Positions 21,372-32,535 of a stretch of 64,000 bases of DNA are shown in pieces; position 1 is the stretch's first letter, and each line of letters begins with the position of its first letter. The position numbers were made by a program, and so were the translations under genes. Under the pieces are notes generated by a model. It was not told the origin of the DNA and ran no database searches. It saw only the letters and a program-made list of their open reading frames with translations. Source of the stretch: an uncultured Nitrospinota bacterium. GTDB lineage: Bacteria; Tectomicrobia; Entotheonellia; J063; CAVPRW01. The DNA lies in contig CAVPRW010000026.1 in NCBI GenBank assembly GCA_963707985.1, forward strand, positions 1 to 64,000, given 5' to 3'.

Positions 21372-22373
21372 ATGCAGTTTGGACTATTCGGGAGTGCTCA
21401 GGCAAGACGGGGCGGCCCTGACGTCGACAGCGCGGCGGGCTTCAGGGATTTCGTCGAGTACAATGTCGAGGCCGAGGCGCTTGGCTTTCACAGCTCATTC
21501 ATCGTCGAACACCATTTCACTGGGTTTGGCCAGGTGTCCGCCTCCTTAAACCTCTTAACCTGGATTGGGGCCCGCACCAAGACCTTGCGACTTGGCACCG
21601 CGGTGCTGGTGCTGCCCTGGCACAATCCCGTGCTGCTGGCCGAACAGGCCTCCACCCTTGATTTGTTGTCGGGCGGTCGGTTTGATTTCGGCATCGGCAA
21701 GGGGTACCGGTATAACGAATTCGCCGGGTTCTGTGTCCCCATGGAGGAGGCAGAGCCGCGCTTTGACGAAGTCTTGGAGGTCATGATCAAAGCCTGGACC
21801 TCGGACACCCCATGGTCGCATCGCGGCCAGTACTGGCAGTTCGACAACGTCGTGGTCGAGCCTCCGACGGTCCAGAAACCCCACCCGCCGATTTGGATGG
21901 GCGCCGGAAGCCCCGGGTCCATCAAAAAAGTGGCAGCCAACGGCTTCAATCTGCTGCTGGGCCAATTTTCCTCCCTGGCGCAGATCGCTGAGCAAATTGC
22001 CCTCTTCAAGTCCGAGGTGGAGGCCCAAGGTCGGACATTCGACCCGATGACCGTGGGGGTCGCCCGCTCCCTCAACGTGGTGATGAACGCGGTGGAGTAC
22101 GAGAAGGCGATCGAGAATCGCATCGCAGGGCGTCGACGGGTCGAACGATTGTCGCAACGGCCGGACGCGCAAAGTCAGAAAAGGCCCATGTCTGAGGACG
22201 AGGTGCGCGAGGTCGCCGAGGCTGGGACCCTCTACGGCACGCCAGATGATATTGCCGTCAAGCTGCAGGCGCTGAAAGACGTTGGAGCGGCATACGTGCT
22301 GATCAATAGTGCGGGAGGCCCTGCATCTCTACGCCGCTTCGCGCGTGAGGTGATGCCGGCGTTTCTCGGCTAG
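21372..22373 (+). CDS. Luciferase-like (LLM) flavin-dependent oxidoreductase
   Basis: VEHHF, LRLGTAV, LDLLSGGRFDFGIGKG, QKPHPPIW; AGGAGG RBS. Confidence 0.92.
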   Translation: MQFGLFGSAQARRGGPDVDSAAGFRDFVEYNVEAEALGFHSSFIVEHHFTGFGQVSASLNLLTWIGARTKTLRLGTAVLVLPWHNPVLLAEQASTLDLLSGGRFDFGIGKGYRYNEFAGFCVPMEEAEPRFDEVLEVMIKAWTSDTPWSHRGQYWQFDNVVVEPPTVQKPHPPIWMGAGSPGSIKKVAANGFNLLLGQFSSLAQIAEQIALFKSEVEAQGRTFDPMTVGVARSLNVVMNAVEYEKAIENRIAGRRRVERLSQRPDAQSQKRPMSEDEVREVAEAGTLYGTPDDIAVKLQALKDVGAAYVLINSAGGPASLRRFAREVMPAFLG

Positions 22374-22565
22374 CTGGTATACTGGGCGGGGGCTTGAGAT
22401 CTAGGTGCCAACCAGTCTGCCTCACATGCCTCTCGCGCATAGCTCTGGTATCGTCGCCCGTGCACCAATGCGGGCCGATCAGCCGAACAGGGAGGCAGAT
22501 TTACAGGCATCCTCCTTGTGGTAGAGGAGGATGCCACATCTGTGCGGATTCCTGGCCCAACCCTC

Positions 22566-23417
22566 CTAGTGGAAGAGCAGTCCACCATTGACGTTGTAGG
22601 CCTGGCCGGTGATGAAAGCGGCCTCCTCGGAGGCCAAGAAACTGACCATGTTGGCGACATCCTCTGCTTCTGCGATGCGCCCTAGCGGAGTCGCTTGTCC
22701 TGCCTCTTTGACGATTCTGGCCCGGAAGTCTTCCAGCGGAATGCCTTCCTCCTCAGCCCTAGCGCGCTCCCAGTAGCTCAGCCGATCGGTGTTGATCGGT
22801 CCTGGACAAACGGCGTTCACCGTGATGCTATAGGGCGCGAGGTCCAGAGCCGAGGCCTGGGTGAGCCCCAGAACTGCGAATTTGGAGGTTGAGTATGCGG
22901 CACCTCGGGCGCTGGCCTGCTTAGAGGCATTGGAGGCGATGTTGATAATCCGACCGCCACGGCCCTGGCGGATCATTTCACGGCCTATCAACTTAGTGAG
23001 CAGGAACACCGCCGTGGTATTGATCGCCAGGAAATGCTGCCAGACGTCTTCTGCAAGCTCGGTGACGGGGACTTTATCCCGACCGATGATGGCCCGTGCG
23101 TTGTTGACCAGAATATCGATGCGGCCATAGTGCCCAGCCACCTTCTGGACCAATTGCTGGATTTGGTCAGACTGGCCTAGGTCACAGGGGCTGGTGAAGC
23201 AGCGTCTCCCCAGCGCCTGGACTTCTTCGGCCACACTGTCGAGTCCCCGCCATCCGAGCCGAATCTCTCCCGGTGGGAGGTCCTCCGGCTCGCGATGGAC
23301 ATCCGTCAGGGCCAGGTCCGCTCCCTGCTGTGCCAACTTCAAGGCCGTGGCGCGGCCGACACCGCGCATCCCACCGGCCCCTGTGATCAAGGCAACTTTG
23401 CCGTCCAGTCCAGACAT
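22566..23417 (-). CDS. Short-chain dehydrogenase/reductase
   Basis: ITGAGGMRGVG, DILVNNA, YSTSK, VNAVCPG. Confidence 0.92.
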   Translation of the reverse strand: MSGLDGKVALITGAGGMRGVGRATALKLAQQGADLALTDVHREPEDLPPGEIRLGWRGLDSVAEEVQALGRRCFTSPCDLGQSDQIQQLVQKVAGHYGRIDILVNNARAIIGRDKVPVTELAEDVWQHFLAINTTAVFLLTKLIGREMIRQGRGGRIINIASNASKQASARGAAYSTSKFAVLGLTQASALDLAPYSITVNAVCPGPINTDRLSYWERARAEEEGIPLEDFRARIVKEAGQATPLGRIAEAEDVANMVSFLASEEAAFITGQAYNVNGGLLFH

Positions 23418-23689
23418 GTCTCGCCTCCTTCATCTCCATTGCACTGTCCGTCGACGTGTATTGCATCAAACCGACCTGGAACTGTATTGTAAATCCTCAT
23501 CGGGGTCTGAGTCTACCCACAGCATCACACGCCCCACCAGGCCTGCACACATAGAGCACGGCACGATCTGCACCCTATACGTCTCCAGCAGGCCAGCGCC
23601 TTCCACCCATATGGACACCATAATTGCCGTTGACACACAGTTTCTGCACTCGCATACTTGGGCCAATCGGTCGTCCTACCGCAGTCCAC

Positions 23690-23969
23690 ACCCAAGTGGC
23701 ACATCATGGAGATCAGAGTCTACATTGAGAACTGGTCGAGTGGGGATGCGCGGATGATTCCGGTTATTTTGCCTGACGTGAAGGAAGCGCCAACACTTCC
23801 GCTTTTTGTCCGCCAGACGGTGTGGGTGGATATGCGCGATTGGGAGAATGATGAGAATGACGGCTTTTACCGGTTGGTCTGCGGAATTTTGGGTAAGGCT
23901 CCGGGTGATTCACCGATGAAAAAGTTTGGAGTTCGCGATGTGGCCGAATGGCAGGGAACGGGATCTTAG
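23690..23969 (+). pseudogene. C-terminal half of a TIR (TIR_2-like) domain protein
   Basis: WHIMEI...MIPVILPD...LPLFVRQTVWVDMR...GFYRLVCGILGKAPG pattern; N-terminal FxSY/H strand absent. Confidence 0.65.
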
Positions 23970-24442
23970 TCTTAAGCGAACCAGTATTATTCCGCTGCTG
24001 TCGGAAGCGGCAGCAGGGAACGGTTCTACGTACAATTTAATGGCATCAATTCTTATCTTTATAGCGGTTCTCAGTCGCGTGTGCTACGACTCCTTCCGAG
24101 AGGGTTTGTGCCTCCAAACCCCGTGGCACTTAGCGTAGTTCATCCAAGTGGGAACCGCTATAACACGGTCAGCGCGACGCGAACACCACGCCCGCTGCTG
24201 GATGAAACAGGCGCTTTCCGTACTGCTGTGATCCGAAACTCAGAGGGCGAGGTGCGCTGGATGGACGTGCGAGACTTTCTGAAGCGTGCCAGCGATAACG
24301 GCAAGAAACCCGTGAGGCAAATCGTCTTCGAGGGCGAACGTCTCGGCGTAATGAGCGTGCGCCGCTGGCGGGACAGGGCATTGGGCCAGAGTTCTGCGTA
24401 GAGGCCAGGCGAACGTTGGACGGCTCATCACGACAAGTCAAG

Positions 24443-25046
24443 ATGCACACCGAGAAGTCAAAGCGCACACTCGAACAACTAATTCGTCTGGCGTAGAATT
24501 GATGTACCCGGACACGACGCGTGTGCTCTCTGGGTTATGGAGAGTGGTTGGCGCTTGGCGGGTACGGCGATCTTCGCTCTGGACGGCCAGCCCTGCCACC
24601 TTGCCTACGAGGTGGAGTGCGATACGACCTGGCACACTCGCTCCGCCAAGGTCACGGGTTACATTGGCAGACACGTCTTAGCGCTTATCATCGTCGCCAT
24701 GCCGGGCGACCGCTGGGAGCTCAATGGCAGGGACCAGCCGGAGGCTGCGGGCTGCATAGACGTCGATCTGAACTTTACCCCTGCCACCAACCTCATCGCC
24801 ATCCGCCGCCTGGCGCTAGACATTGGCCATGCATCCGATGCTCCGGCGGCATGGCTGCGTTTCCCGGAGTTAAAACTTGAGAGGTTGGAGCAACAGTACC
24901 ACCGTGTGGCCCTCGATACATACGACTATCAAGCGCCTCGCGTTGGTTACGCCGCCTCCTTGCGGGTATCAGACAGCGGCTTCGTGACGCACTATCCGGG
25001 GTTGTGGGAGCAGGAGGTGACCGACAACGGCCACCTCCCCGTCTGA
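24443..25046 (+). CDS. Putative glycolipid-binding domain protein (DUF1089-like), frameshift near 24480
   Basis: FVWRRIDVPGHDAC, GCIDVDLNFTPATN, LEQQYHR, GFVTHYPGLW; ATG 24443 is out of frame with the body. Confidence 0.75.
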
Positions 25047-25047
25047 C

Positions 25048-27705
25048 TTACACCGTCTCGCTCAACGACCTCCCCAGCGCTACATGAGCGGCGGCGAGGC
25101 GGGCGATGGGCACCCGGTAAGGCGAGCAGCTGACGTAATCCAAACCAGCGCGATGGAAGAAGGCGACGGATTGTGGCTCGCCGCCGTGCTCACCGCAGAT
25201 GCCGATCTTGAGGCTGGGTCGAGTGGCACGGCCTTTCTTCACCCCGGTCTCTACCAGCTGGCCGACACCCTGCTGGTCCATAACCACAAACGGATCGTAT
25301 TTCATGATCCCCTGCTCAATGTAATAGGGTAGGAATTTTCCGGCATCATCGCGACTCAAGCCTAGGACCGTTTGCGTCAGGTCATTGGTCCCAAAGGAAA
25401 AGAATTCGGCCTGGCGCGCGATCTCGTCGGCCAGCAGCGCGGCGCGCGGCAGCTCGATCATGGTCCCCACCTGATATTCGACCTTGACGCCATATTGCGC
25501 CATGATGTCCTGTGCGGCACGATCGACGATCTTGCGCTGATGCTCCAATTCACGCACGTCAGCGATCAACGGGATCATGATCTCGGGGACCACCTTACGC
25601 CCCTCCTTGGCGATCTCGCAGGCCGCGGCGATAATAGCGCGCGCCTGCATTTCGGTGATCTCGGGATAGCTGATACCCAGTCGGCAGCCGCGATGCCCCA
25701 ACATGGGGTTGGTTTCATGTAGCTCCTGCGCTTTGTCCCAGATGCGGTCAGCCGGGACACCGATCTTGTCGGAGAGTTCATCGGCTTCCTCGCGGGTCTT
25801 CGGCAGGAATTCGTGCAACGGCGGGTCGAGAGTGCGAATGGTGACTGCATAGCCCTCCATTTCCTTGAAGATGCCATAGAAATCAGCCTTCTGGAACGGG
25901 AAGAGCTTGTCGAGGGCGCGCACACGGGCCTCACGGTCCTGAGCCAGAATCATCTCTTGCATGAAGGGCAAGCGTTCCTCAGCGAAGAACATGTGCTCGG
26001 TGCGGCACAGCCCAATACCTTCGGCGCCGAACGAACGGGCCACCTGGGCATCGAGGGGGGTATCGGCGTTGGCTCGTACCCCCAGGCGACGATACTGATC
26101 GACCCATTTCATGAACGCGGCGAAGTTGCCCGACAGTTCGGGGACCACCAGCTTGGCAGCACCGAGGATGACTTCACCGGTGTTGCCGTTCAGCGTGATG
26201 ATGTCGCCGTGTTTGACATGTACCGTTCCTACCCGGAACTCGCCATGTTCTTCATCGACCAGAATCTCTTTGCAGCCCACCACACAGCATTTCCCCATGC
26301 CGCGTCCGACCACTGCCGCATGTGACGTCATGCCACCGCGGGCCGTGAGAATTCCCTGCGCGGCAAACATGCCACCAACGTCATCGGGCGAGGTTTCCGG
26401 CCGTACCAGAATGACCTTATCCCCTTGCTGACCACGAGCGATAGCCTCCTCAGCGGTGAACACCACCGCACCCACGGCCGCACCGGGAGACGCAGGTAGG
26501 CCTTTGGCGATGGCTTGTACGTGACTGTCGGGATCAACCATCGGGTGTAAGAGCTGCTCGAGCTGCTCCGGATCGACGCGCAGTACGGCGGTTTTGTCAT
26601 CGATGAGCCCTTCTTGCACCATCTCCACCGCGATGCGGAAAGCAGCCACTGCCGTGCGTTTGCCCACACGCGTCTGGAGCATGAAGAGCTTGCCGTCCTG
26701 CACGGTAAATTCGAGGTCCAACATATCTTTATAATGGTGTTCCAGACGCTGGTAGATGTCGACCAATTGGCGATAGACCTCGGGCATTTCCTGTTCTAAC
26801 TGTTCGATTTGCTCCGGGGTGCGGATGCCGGCGACGACGTCCTCGCCCTGAGCATTAATCAGGAACTCCCCGAAAAAACGGCGCTCACCGGTGGATGGAT
26901 TACGGGTGAAGGCGACTCCCGTGCCGGAGTTGCTCCCCATATTGCCGAACACCATCGACTGAACATTGGCGGCGGTACCCCAGGTCTCGGGGATGCTATA
27001 GATTTGGCGGTATTTCACTGCGCGCTCGACATTCCACGAACTGAACACGGCCTCGATTCCCATCCGTAGCTGGTCCATCGGCTGTTCAGGAAATGGCGTC
27101 GGACTGGCTTTGCGCACGAAGTCCTTGAAGATGCCGACGAGTGCTTGCAAATCCTCCGCTCTGAGGTCGGTATCGACGAGGGCACCAACCTCGGCTTTCT
27201 TCTGAGCCAACAGCCGTTCAAATTCCTCGGAGGGCACGCCGAGGACGACGTTGCTGAACATAGCAATGAAGCGCCGATAAGCATCGTAGGCAAAGCGCGG
27301 GTTAGTGGTTTTGCGGATGAGGCCCTGTACGGTATCGTCGTTGAGGCCAATGTTGAGTACCGTGTCCATCATGCCGGGCATGGATACCCGGGCCCCGGAG
27401 CGCACCGACACCAGCAGGGGATTCTTGGCATCGCCGAACTTAGCCCCCATGGCTTCTTCGACCTGCATCAGCGACTCCAGCACCTGATCCCACATGCCCT
27501 CCGGAAAATGCCCGCCATTATTGAAATATTCGACACAGGCTTCGGTGGTGATGGTAAATCCTGGCGGCACCGGGATGCCAAGGTTGGTCATCTCTGCCAA
27601 ACCAGCCCCCTTCCCGCCCAACAGATTCCGCCATGCACCTTGCCCCTCAGCCTTCCCCGCGGCAAACAGATAGACATATTTCTTCGTACTTATGGTGGTA
27701 CTCAT
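25048..27705 (-). CDS. ppdK: Pyruvate, phosphate dikinase
   Basis: LGGKGAGLAEM, SMPGMMDT, GGMTSHAAVV, GIGLCRTEHMF, SFGTNDLTQ, GICGEHGG; AAGGAGGAG RBS. Confidence 0.97.
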   Translation of the reverse strand: MSTTISTKKYVYLFAAGKAEGQGAWRNLLGGKGAGLAEMTNLGIPVPPGFTITTEACVEYFNNGGHFPEGMWDQVLESLMQVEEAMGAKFGDAKNPLLVSVRSGARVSMPGMMDTVLNIGLNDDTVQGLIRKTTNPRFAYDAYRRFIAMFSNVVLGVPSEEFERLLAQKKAEVGALVDTDLRAEDLQALVGIFKDFVRKASPTPFPEQPMDQLRMGIEAVFSSWNVERAVKYRQIYSIPETWGTAANVQSMVFGNMGSNSGTGVAFTRNPSTGERRFFGEFLINAQGEDVVAGIRTPEQIEQLEQEMPEVYRQLVDIYQRLEHHYKDMLDLEFTVQDGKLFMLQTRVGKRTAVAAFRIAVEMVQEGLIDDKTAVLRVDPEQLEQLLHPMVDPDSHVQAIAKGLPASPGAAVGAVVFTAEEAIARGQQGDKVILVRPETSPDDVGGMFAAQGILTARGGMTSHAAVVGRGMGKCCVVGCKEILVDEEHGEFRVGTVHVKHGDIITLNGNTGEVILGAAKLVVPELSGNFAAFMKWVDQYRRLGVRANADTPLDAQVARSFGAEGIGLCRTEHMFFAEERLPFMQEMILAQDREARVRALDKLFPFQKADFYGIFKEMEGYAVTIRTLDPPLHEFLPKTREEADELSDKIGVPADRIWDKAQELHETNPMLGHRGCRLGISYPEITEMQARAIIAAACEIAKEGRKVVPEIMIPLIADVRELEHQRKIVDRAAQDIMAQYGVKVEYQVGTMIELPRAALLADEIARQAEFFSFGTNDLTQTVLGLSRDDAGKFLPYYIEQGIMKYDPFVVMDQQGVGQLVETGVKKGRATRPSLKIGICGEHGGEPQSVAFFHRAGLDYVSCSPYRVPIARLAAAHVALGRSLSETV

Positions 27706-27810
27706 GGCTCCTCCTTCACACTCAATGCCTACATACCTCACCCCACACTCAAGGGCTTTATGCCTCCTCCCCCATCAATCACTTCCCCCTGGAGGAGAGA
27801 GAAAAGACCA

Positions 27811-29052
27811 CTAGCGCGCTGCGAGCTCGTCGTCCCGAGGGTGCCCCAGGTCGAATGCATCGTGTAACGTACGGACGGCCAATTCCCCATATTTCTCATC
27901 GATGACACAGGAGATCTTGATCTCCGAGGTGCTAATCATCAGGATGTTGATATTTTCACGAGCGAGCGTGGCGAACATGCTGGTGGCGATGCCAGAGTGA
28001 CTGCTCATCCCAGCCCCGATGATCGACACTTTGGCGATTTTCGCATCGAGCTTCACGTCGCGCGCGCCGATCTGGGGCAATACTTCTTCAACCAGAGCAC
28101 AGGCCTTCTTACCGTCGCCGCGAGCCACAGTGAAGGAGATATCGGTGAGCTCTTGCTCGCTGACGTTTTGCACGATCATGTCGACGACGATATGGGCATC
28201 CGAGACCTTGCCAAAGATCTTGGCCGCCAGGCCTGGCCGGTCCGGTACACCCAGCACGGTGATGCGCGCCTGATTTTTGTCCAGCGTCAGTCCTGAGACC
28301 ACCACCTTTTCCAACTCGGCATCTTCTCGCGTCACCAACGTTCCTTCTCCCTCCTGAAACGTGGATTTCACCAACACAGGCACGTGGTAGATTTTTGCCA
28401 CCTCGACGGAGCGCGTCTGCAGTACTTTAGCCCCTAGACTGGCCATCTCCAGCATCTCATCGTAGGAGATTTTGCGCAAGCGTCGAGCGTCAGGTACCAG
28501 GTTGGGATCGGCCGTATAAATGCCGTCGACGTCCGTATAGATCTCGCACATATCGGCGTTCAGGGCCGCTGCCAGCGCCACCGCTGTGGTATCCGAACCG
28601 CCACGGCCGAGCGTGGTCATGTCCTCCCGTTCGTCGATCCCTTGAAAGCCGGCCACCACGGCGATTTTCCCCTGATCCAGGGCCTGAAAAATGCGCTCGC
28701 CGTCGATCTTGCGGATACGAGCTTTGGTGTGCACGCTGTCGGTGAGAATGCCCACCTGGCGGCCGGTGAAGGACTTGGCGGCATAACCCATATCATTGAG
28801 GGCCATCGTCAACAGGGCGCTTGAGACCATTTCACCGGTCGACAGCAACAGGTCGAATTCCCGTTCATCAGGGGACTCGGAGACTTGGGTCGCCAGCTTC
28901 ACCAGGCGGTCGGTTTCACCGGCCATAGCCGATACGACGACCACGACCTTCTCACCGCGGCTGCAGGCTGCTGCCACTTTCTTGGCTACTTCGAGAATAC
29001 GCTCGATGTTGCCGACCGACGTACCACCGAACTTCTTGACCACGAAACGCAT
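27811..29052 (-). CDS. lysC: Aspartate kinase
   Basis: [22 protein letters not shown], two ACT domains. Confidence 0.95.
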   Translation of the reverse strand: MRFVVKKFGGTSVGNIERILEVAKKVAAACSRGEKVVVVVSAMAGETDRLVKLATQVSESPDEREFDLLLSTGEMVSSALLTMALNDMGYAAKSFTGRQVGILTDSVHTKARIRKIDGERIFQALDQGKIAVVAGFQGIDEREDMTTLGRGGSDTTAVALAAALNADMCEIYTDVDGIYTADPNLVPDARRLRKISYDEMLEMASLGAKVLQTRSVEVAKIYHVPVLVKSTFQEGEGTLVTREDAELEKVVVSGLTLDKNQARITVLGVPDRPGLAAKIFGKVSDAHIVVDMIVQNVSEQELTDISFTVARGDGKKACALVEEVLPQIGARDVKLDAKIAKVSIIGAGMSSHSGIATSMFATLARENINILMISTSEIKISCVIDEKYGELAVRTLHDAFDLGHPRDDELAAR

Positions 29053-29069
29053 CAGTGCCTCGCTCTTAC

Positions 29070-29094
29070 CCCTCTCTCCCGAAGGGAGAGAGGG
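29070..29094. repeat. REP-like palindrome
   Basis: CCCTCTCTCCC-GAA-GGGAGAGAGGG perfect 11-bp hairpin in the apgM-lysC spacer. Confidence 0.6.
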
Positions 29095-29100
29095 TAGACG

Positions 29101-30297
29101 TTACGTCAGTAGCAACCGCATCAACTCTGTGCCTTGCTGTACATTCAGCGACCCTTGCTCGCGCACCGACTCGTCGAAAGTCTGGCCTGCATCCGGCTCG
29201 ACTCCACTGCCGTAGAGCGCGATCGGTACAGGCTCACGCACATGAGTTTTCAGAGCGATCGGCGTTGGATGGTCGGGCAACAGCAGTACCCGGTGGTCCT
29301 CAAAGCGTTGTTGCAGACCAGCCAGCATCGGTCCCACCACTTTCGCATCGAAATCCTCGATGGCCTGCACTTTGGCTTTCACATCTCCTTGATGACCCGC
29401 CTCGTCCGGGGCCTCGACATGCAAAAAGACGAAATCCTTGTCCTCTAGGGCCTTGAGCGCGTGCTCGACCTTACCAGCGTAATTGGTGTCGAGCCAACCG
29501 GTGGCGCCAGGCACGTTGATCGGCTCCAACCCGGCATAGATCGCTAGCCCCTTATGCAGGTCGACGGCAGAGATCACCGCCCCGGTCAAGCCGTATTTGT
29601 CACGAAAACTCGGGATTTGCGGTCGTTTCCCGGCCCCCCACAACCAGATGCTGCTAATCGGCGGTTCCCCGTGCTGGCGCCGCTGTTGGTTGAGCGGATG
29701 CTCACGAAAGATCGCTTGCGAAGCATCCATCATGCGTTGCAGCTCACCTGCTCCGTCGCCACTGGGCAAGTACTCGTCAATAGCTCGCCCACTGATGTCG
29801 TGGGGCGGGGTTAGCGTGGCGCCCAGCAGACCTTCACGCCAGACCAGACAATGGCGGTAGCTGACGCCGGGGTAAAATTGAAAGGTGTCGCTGCCCAGTT
29901 TATCATTGAGGGCATCGATGAGCTGGCGTGCCTCCTCGGTGGTAATATGGCCGCCGCTGAAATCGGCCATGGTGCGCTGGCCATCCGCTTCACCGAGGAC
30001 TACCAGATTACACCGGAAGGCCACGTCCGTGGGCTGTAATTGAATCCCAATGCTGGCGGCTTCGAGAGGCGAGCGACCAGTATATAAATGACGCGTGTCG
30101 TAGCCGAGGATCGTCAGCGCTGCCACGTCGCTACCCGTTGACATCCCCTCCGGGATGGTCATCGCTTGACCGGTCTTGCCAAGCCGTGCCAGAGTGTCCA
30201 TATGGGGGGTGTGCGCCGCCTGCAGTGGCGTTTTGTTCGCCAATTCCGGTAGCGGCCAATCCGACATGCCATCCCCCAACAAAATAACGTATTTCAT
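29101..30297 (-). CDS. apgM: Cofactor-independent phosphoglycerate mutase-like protein (ApgM; proposed homoserine kinase family)
   Basis: GDGMSD, KTPL, GSDVA, YTGRSPLEA, HVEAPDEAGH, PDHPTP. Confidence 0.9.
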   Translation of the reverse strand: MKYVILLGDGMSDWPLPELANKTPLQAAHTPHMDTLARLGKTGQAMTIPEGMSTGSDVAALTILGYDTRHLYTGRSPLEAASIGIQLQPTDVAFRCNLVVLGEADGQRTMADFSGGHITTEEARQLIDALNDKLGSDTFQFYPGVSYRHCLVWREGLLGATLTPPHDISGRAIDEYLPSGDGAGELQRMMDASQAIFREHPLNQQRRQHGEPPISSIWLWGAGKRPQIPSFRDKYGLTGAVISAVDLHKGLAIYAGLEPINVPGATGWLDTNYAGKVEHALKALEDKDFVFLHVEAPDEAGHQGDVKAKVQAIEDFDAKVVGPMLAGLQQRFEDHRVLLLPDHPTPIALKTHVREPVPIALYGSGVEPDAGQTFDESVREQGSLNVQQGTELMRLLLT

Positions 30298-30313
30298 CGA
30301 CAGGTCTCCTTTA

Positions 30314-31624
30314 CTACGCCCCATTTTCCACACGGATCAGCACGGTTTTGGCGGTGACCTCGGAAGCGATCTGATCGATTTCGCGCAATGCCGCTTGCAT
30401 ATCGTGTTCGCAGGCGTGATGAGTCATCATCACCAATGGTACCGTTTCCCCCACTCGGCGCCCTTTCTGAATGACCGAGGCGATACTGATGTGATGGTGA
30501 CCCAACACTCCGGAGATCTTCGACAACACCCCTGGCTGATCAAGAACTGAGAAGCGCAGGTAATACTCTGAGAGCACCTCGTCCATGCCCTTCATGCGTA
30601 GCTCGACGTGATGTCCAGGGCGGTAGGCTGCAGGCGGCACACGACCGCGACCGCCGGTCGCCAGATTGCGGGCCATATCGATGATGTCGCCGACGACGGC
30701 GCTCCCGGATGGTCCAATGCCCGCCCCACGGCCGATAAACGTGTTGGCACCCACCATATCACCGACGACGGTAATTGCATTGTACACGCCATCGACGCCG
30801 TAGAGCAAATTGCCCTCGGGAATCAACGTCGGATGGACGCGCACTTCGATCTCGCCATCCTGGTGTTTGGCAATGGCCAGCGACTTGACTTTGTAGCCGA
30901 GCTCTCTGGCATAGCTGATGTCCATGGGAGCGATGCCGGAAATGCCCTCGACGAATACCTGCGCGAATGGTACCTGGCAGCCAAAGGCGAGCCTGGCCAG
31001 GATGGTGATCTTATGGGCAGAGTCGATGCCTTCAATGTCCAAGGTCGGGTCGGGCTCGGCATAGCCTTGCGCCATGGCTTCACCAAGGACGGCACCGAAT
31101 TCCTCGCCAGCCTCGGTCATGCGGGTCAGGATATAGTTGCTGGTGCCGTTGACGATGCCATAGATCGACTCGATGCGGTTGCCCACGAAGCCTTCGCGGA
31201 TGGCCCGAATAATGGGAATACCCCCACCGACGCTGGCCTCAAAGCCCACATCGACGCGATGACGCGTGACGGCGGCGAACACTTCATCCCACGCCTCAGC
31301 CAATAAGGCTTTATTGGCAGTGACCACTGGCTTGCCCTGAGCCACGGCTTCCAGGATGAGGCTCTTGGCGGGCTCAATCCCGCCCATGAGCTCGACGACG
31401 ATGTCGATATCGGGATCGCGCACGACCACCCAGGGATCGGTCGTCAACAGCTCAGCTTCGACCTCCGTGGCGCGCTTGGCCTTCACGTCGCGCACGGCGA
31501 TACGCTTGATGGACAGCGGGATGCCGACCCGCCGTTCAAGCACCTCCCGATTTTGTCGTAAGATTTTCACCACCCCCGACCCGACGGTGCCTAGGCCGAG
31601 AATCCCAAGTGTCAGCCCTTGCAT
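30314..31624 (-). CDS. hom: Homoserine dehydrogenase
   Basis: GLGTVGSG, VVTANKA, EASVGGGIP, NGTSNYIL, GYAEPDP, C-terminal ACT domain. Confidence 0.96.
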   Translation of the reverse strand: MQGLTLGILGLGTVGSGVVKILRQNREVLERRVGIPLSIKRIAVRDVKAKRATEVEAELLTTDPWVVVRDPDIDIVVELMGGIEPAKSLILEAVAQGKPVVTANKALLAEAWDEVFAAVTRHRVDVGFEASVGGGIPIIRAIREGFVGNRIESIYGIVNGTSNYILTRMTEAGEEFGAVLGEAMAQGYAEPDPTLDIEGIDSAHKITILARLAFGCQVPFAQVFVEGISGIAPMDISYARELGYKVKSLAIAKHQDGEIEVRVHPTLIPEGNLLYGVDGVYNAITVVGDMVGANTFIGRGAGIGPSGSAVVGDIIDMARNLATGGRGRVPPAAYRPGHHVELRMKGMDEVLSEYYLRFSVLDQPGVLSKISGVLGHHHISIASVIQKGRRVGETVPLVMMTHHACEHDMQAALREIDQIASEVTAKTVLIRVENGA

Positions 31625-31649
31625 GGAACACTCTCCTCTACAACAGTCC

Positions 31650-31696
31650 CGAGTGCTGAGTATCGCAGGGGCATCGTACTCAATACTCAGCACTCG
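31650..31696. repeat. Perfect 14-bp inverted repeat
   Basis: CGAGTGCTGAGTAT (31650-31663) / ATACTCAGCACTCG (31683-31696). Confidence 0.7.
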
Positions 31697-31706
31697 TCTC
31701 TCAACG

Positions 31707-32535
31707 CTATCTCTTCATCACGGTCGCTGGCAGGCTCTCCCGACTGCGGATGTCGCTGGCGATCCGCTCAGCCCCTTCTTTGTCCCGATAGTTCCCGACT
31801 CGCACGCGATGCCAGGTGCCTTTGTCGCTAAGATCCACCGTCTGCACGTAGACCACATAGCCTTTCTTACTCAGGCGTCCCTTCAGCTCAGTCGCCTGTT
31901 CCAGGCTGCGGGACGAGCCCACCTGAATGGTGTAATCGCCTCCCTGGCTCAGGGACACACGAGTCGCCGTGGGCGTCTTGGGTTTAGGCTCAGCGGTGAC
32001 AACAGGACGGCGTGGTTCGGGCTCACGCTTTTCTTCCACCTTCACGGCGGCAGGTTCACTGCTGGGGAGCCACCTCTGGATTAGGTGAGGGTTTGAGCCG
32101 TAGAGGAGTCGTGGCCGAGGGGCTCTCACTCTTGCTCGTCAACGCCGACTCTGGCAGGATTGGGGAGAACGCAAATTCTGGTCCCTGAACCGTCGGTTTC
32201 TTGGGCTCAGCCGCTGGGATCAGCGGGATGCGACTGCTCGTGGGGGGAGTCGGCTGCCCCTTAGACGCTTGCTCGCGTGGCAGGCTCGGTGCCGAGTCAT
32301 CACTCTTGGTCGCCTGGGCTACGGGTTCGGGATGGCCTGTAGCTCGTCCCACGACTACGCCCAAAGCAAACACGAGGACGCAGAGAAAGCAATAGCCGGC
32401 AATCAGGAAGACGATCTGCCGGGTGTCGAGGCTGAAGGCATAGCTCCGACTCTCCGATGGCGGATCGGTGAGTCCGGGTTCTTCTTCGGGCATACCGCTC
32501 TCGCGCTCTCGAAAGCTAAACCGGTCAAACAGCAT
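31707..32535 (-). CDS. SPOR-domain (FtsN/DedD-like) membrane protein, frameshift near 32065
   Basis: ATG overlaps the recO stop; TM segment FLCVLVFALGVVVG; Pro-rich linker; YTIQVGS...WHRVRVG SPOR domain in another frame. Confidence 0.8.

Noticed and set aside
24260..24401. Short ORF with RBS (MDVRDFLKRAS...)
   Set aside because: Probably a truncated gene start; too little sequence to assign
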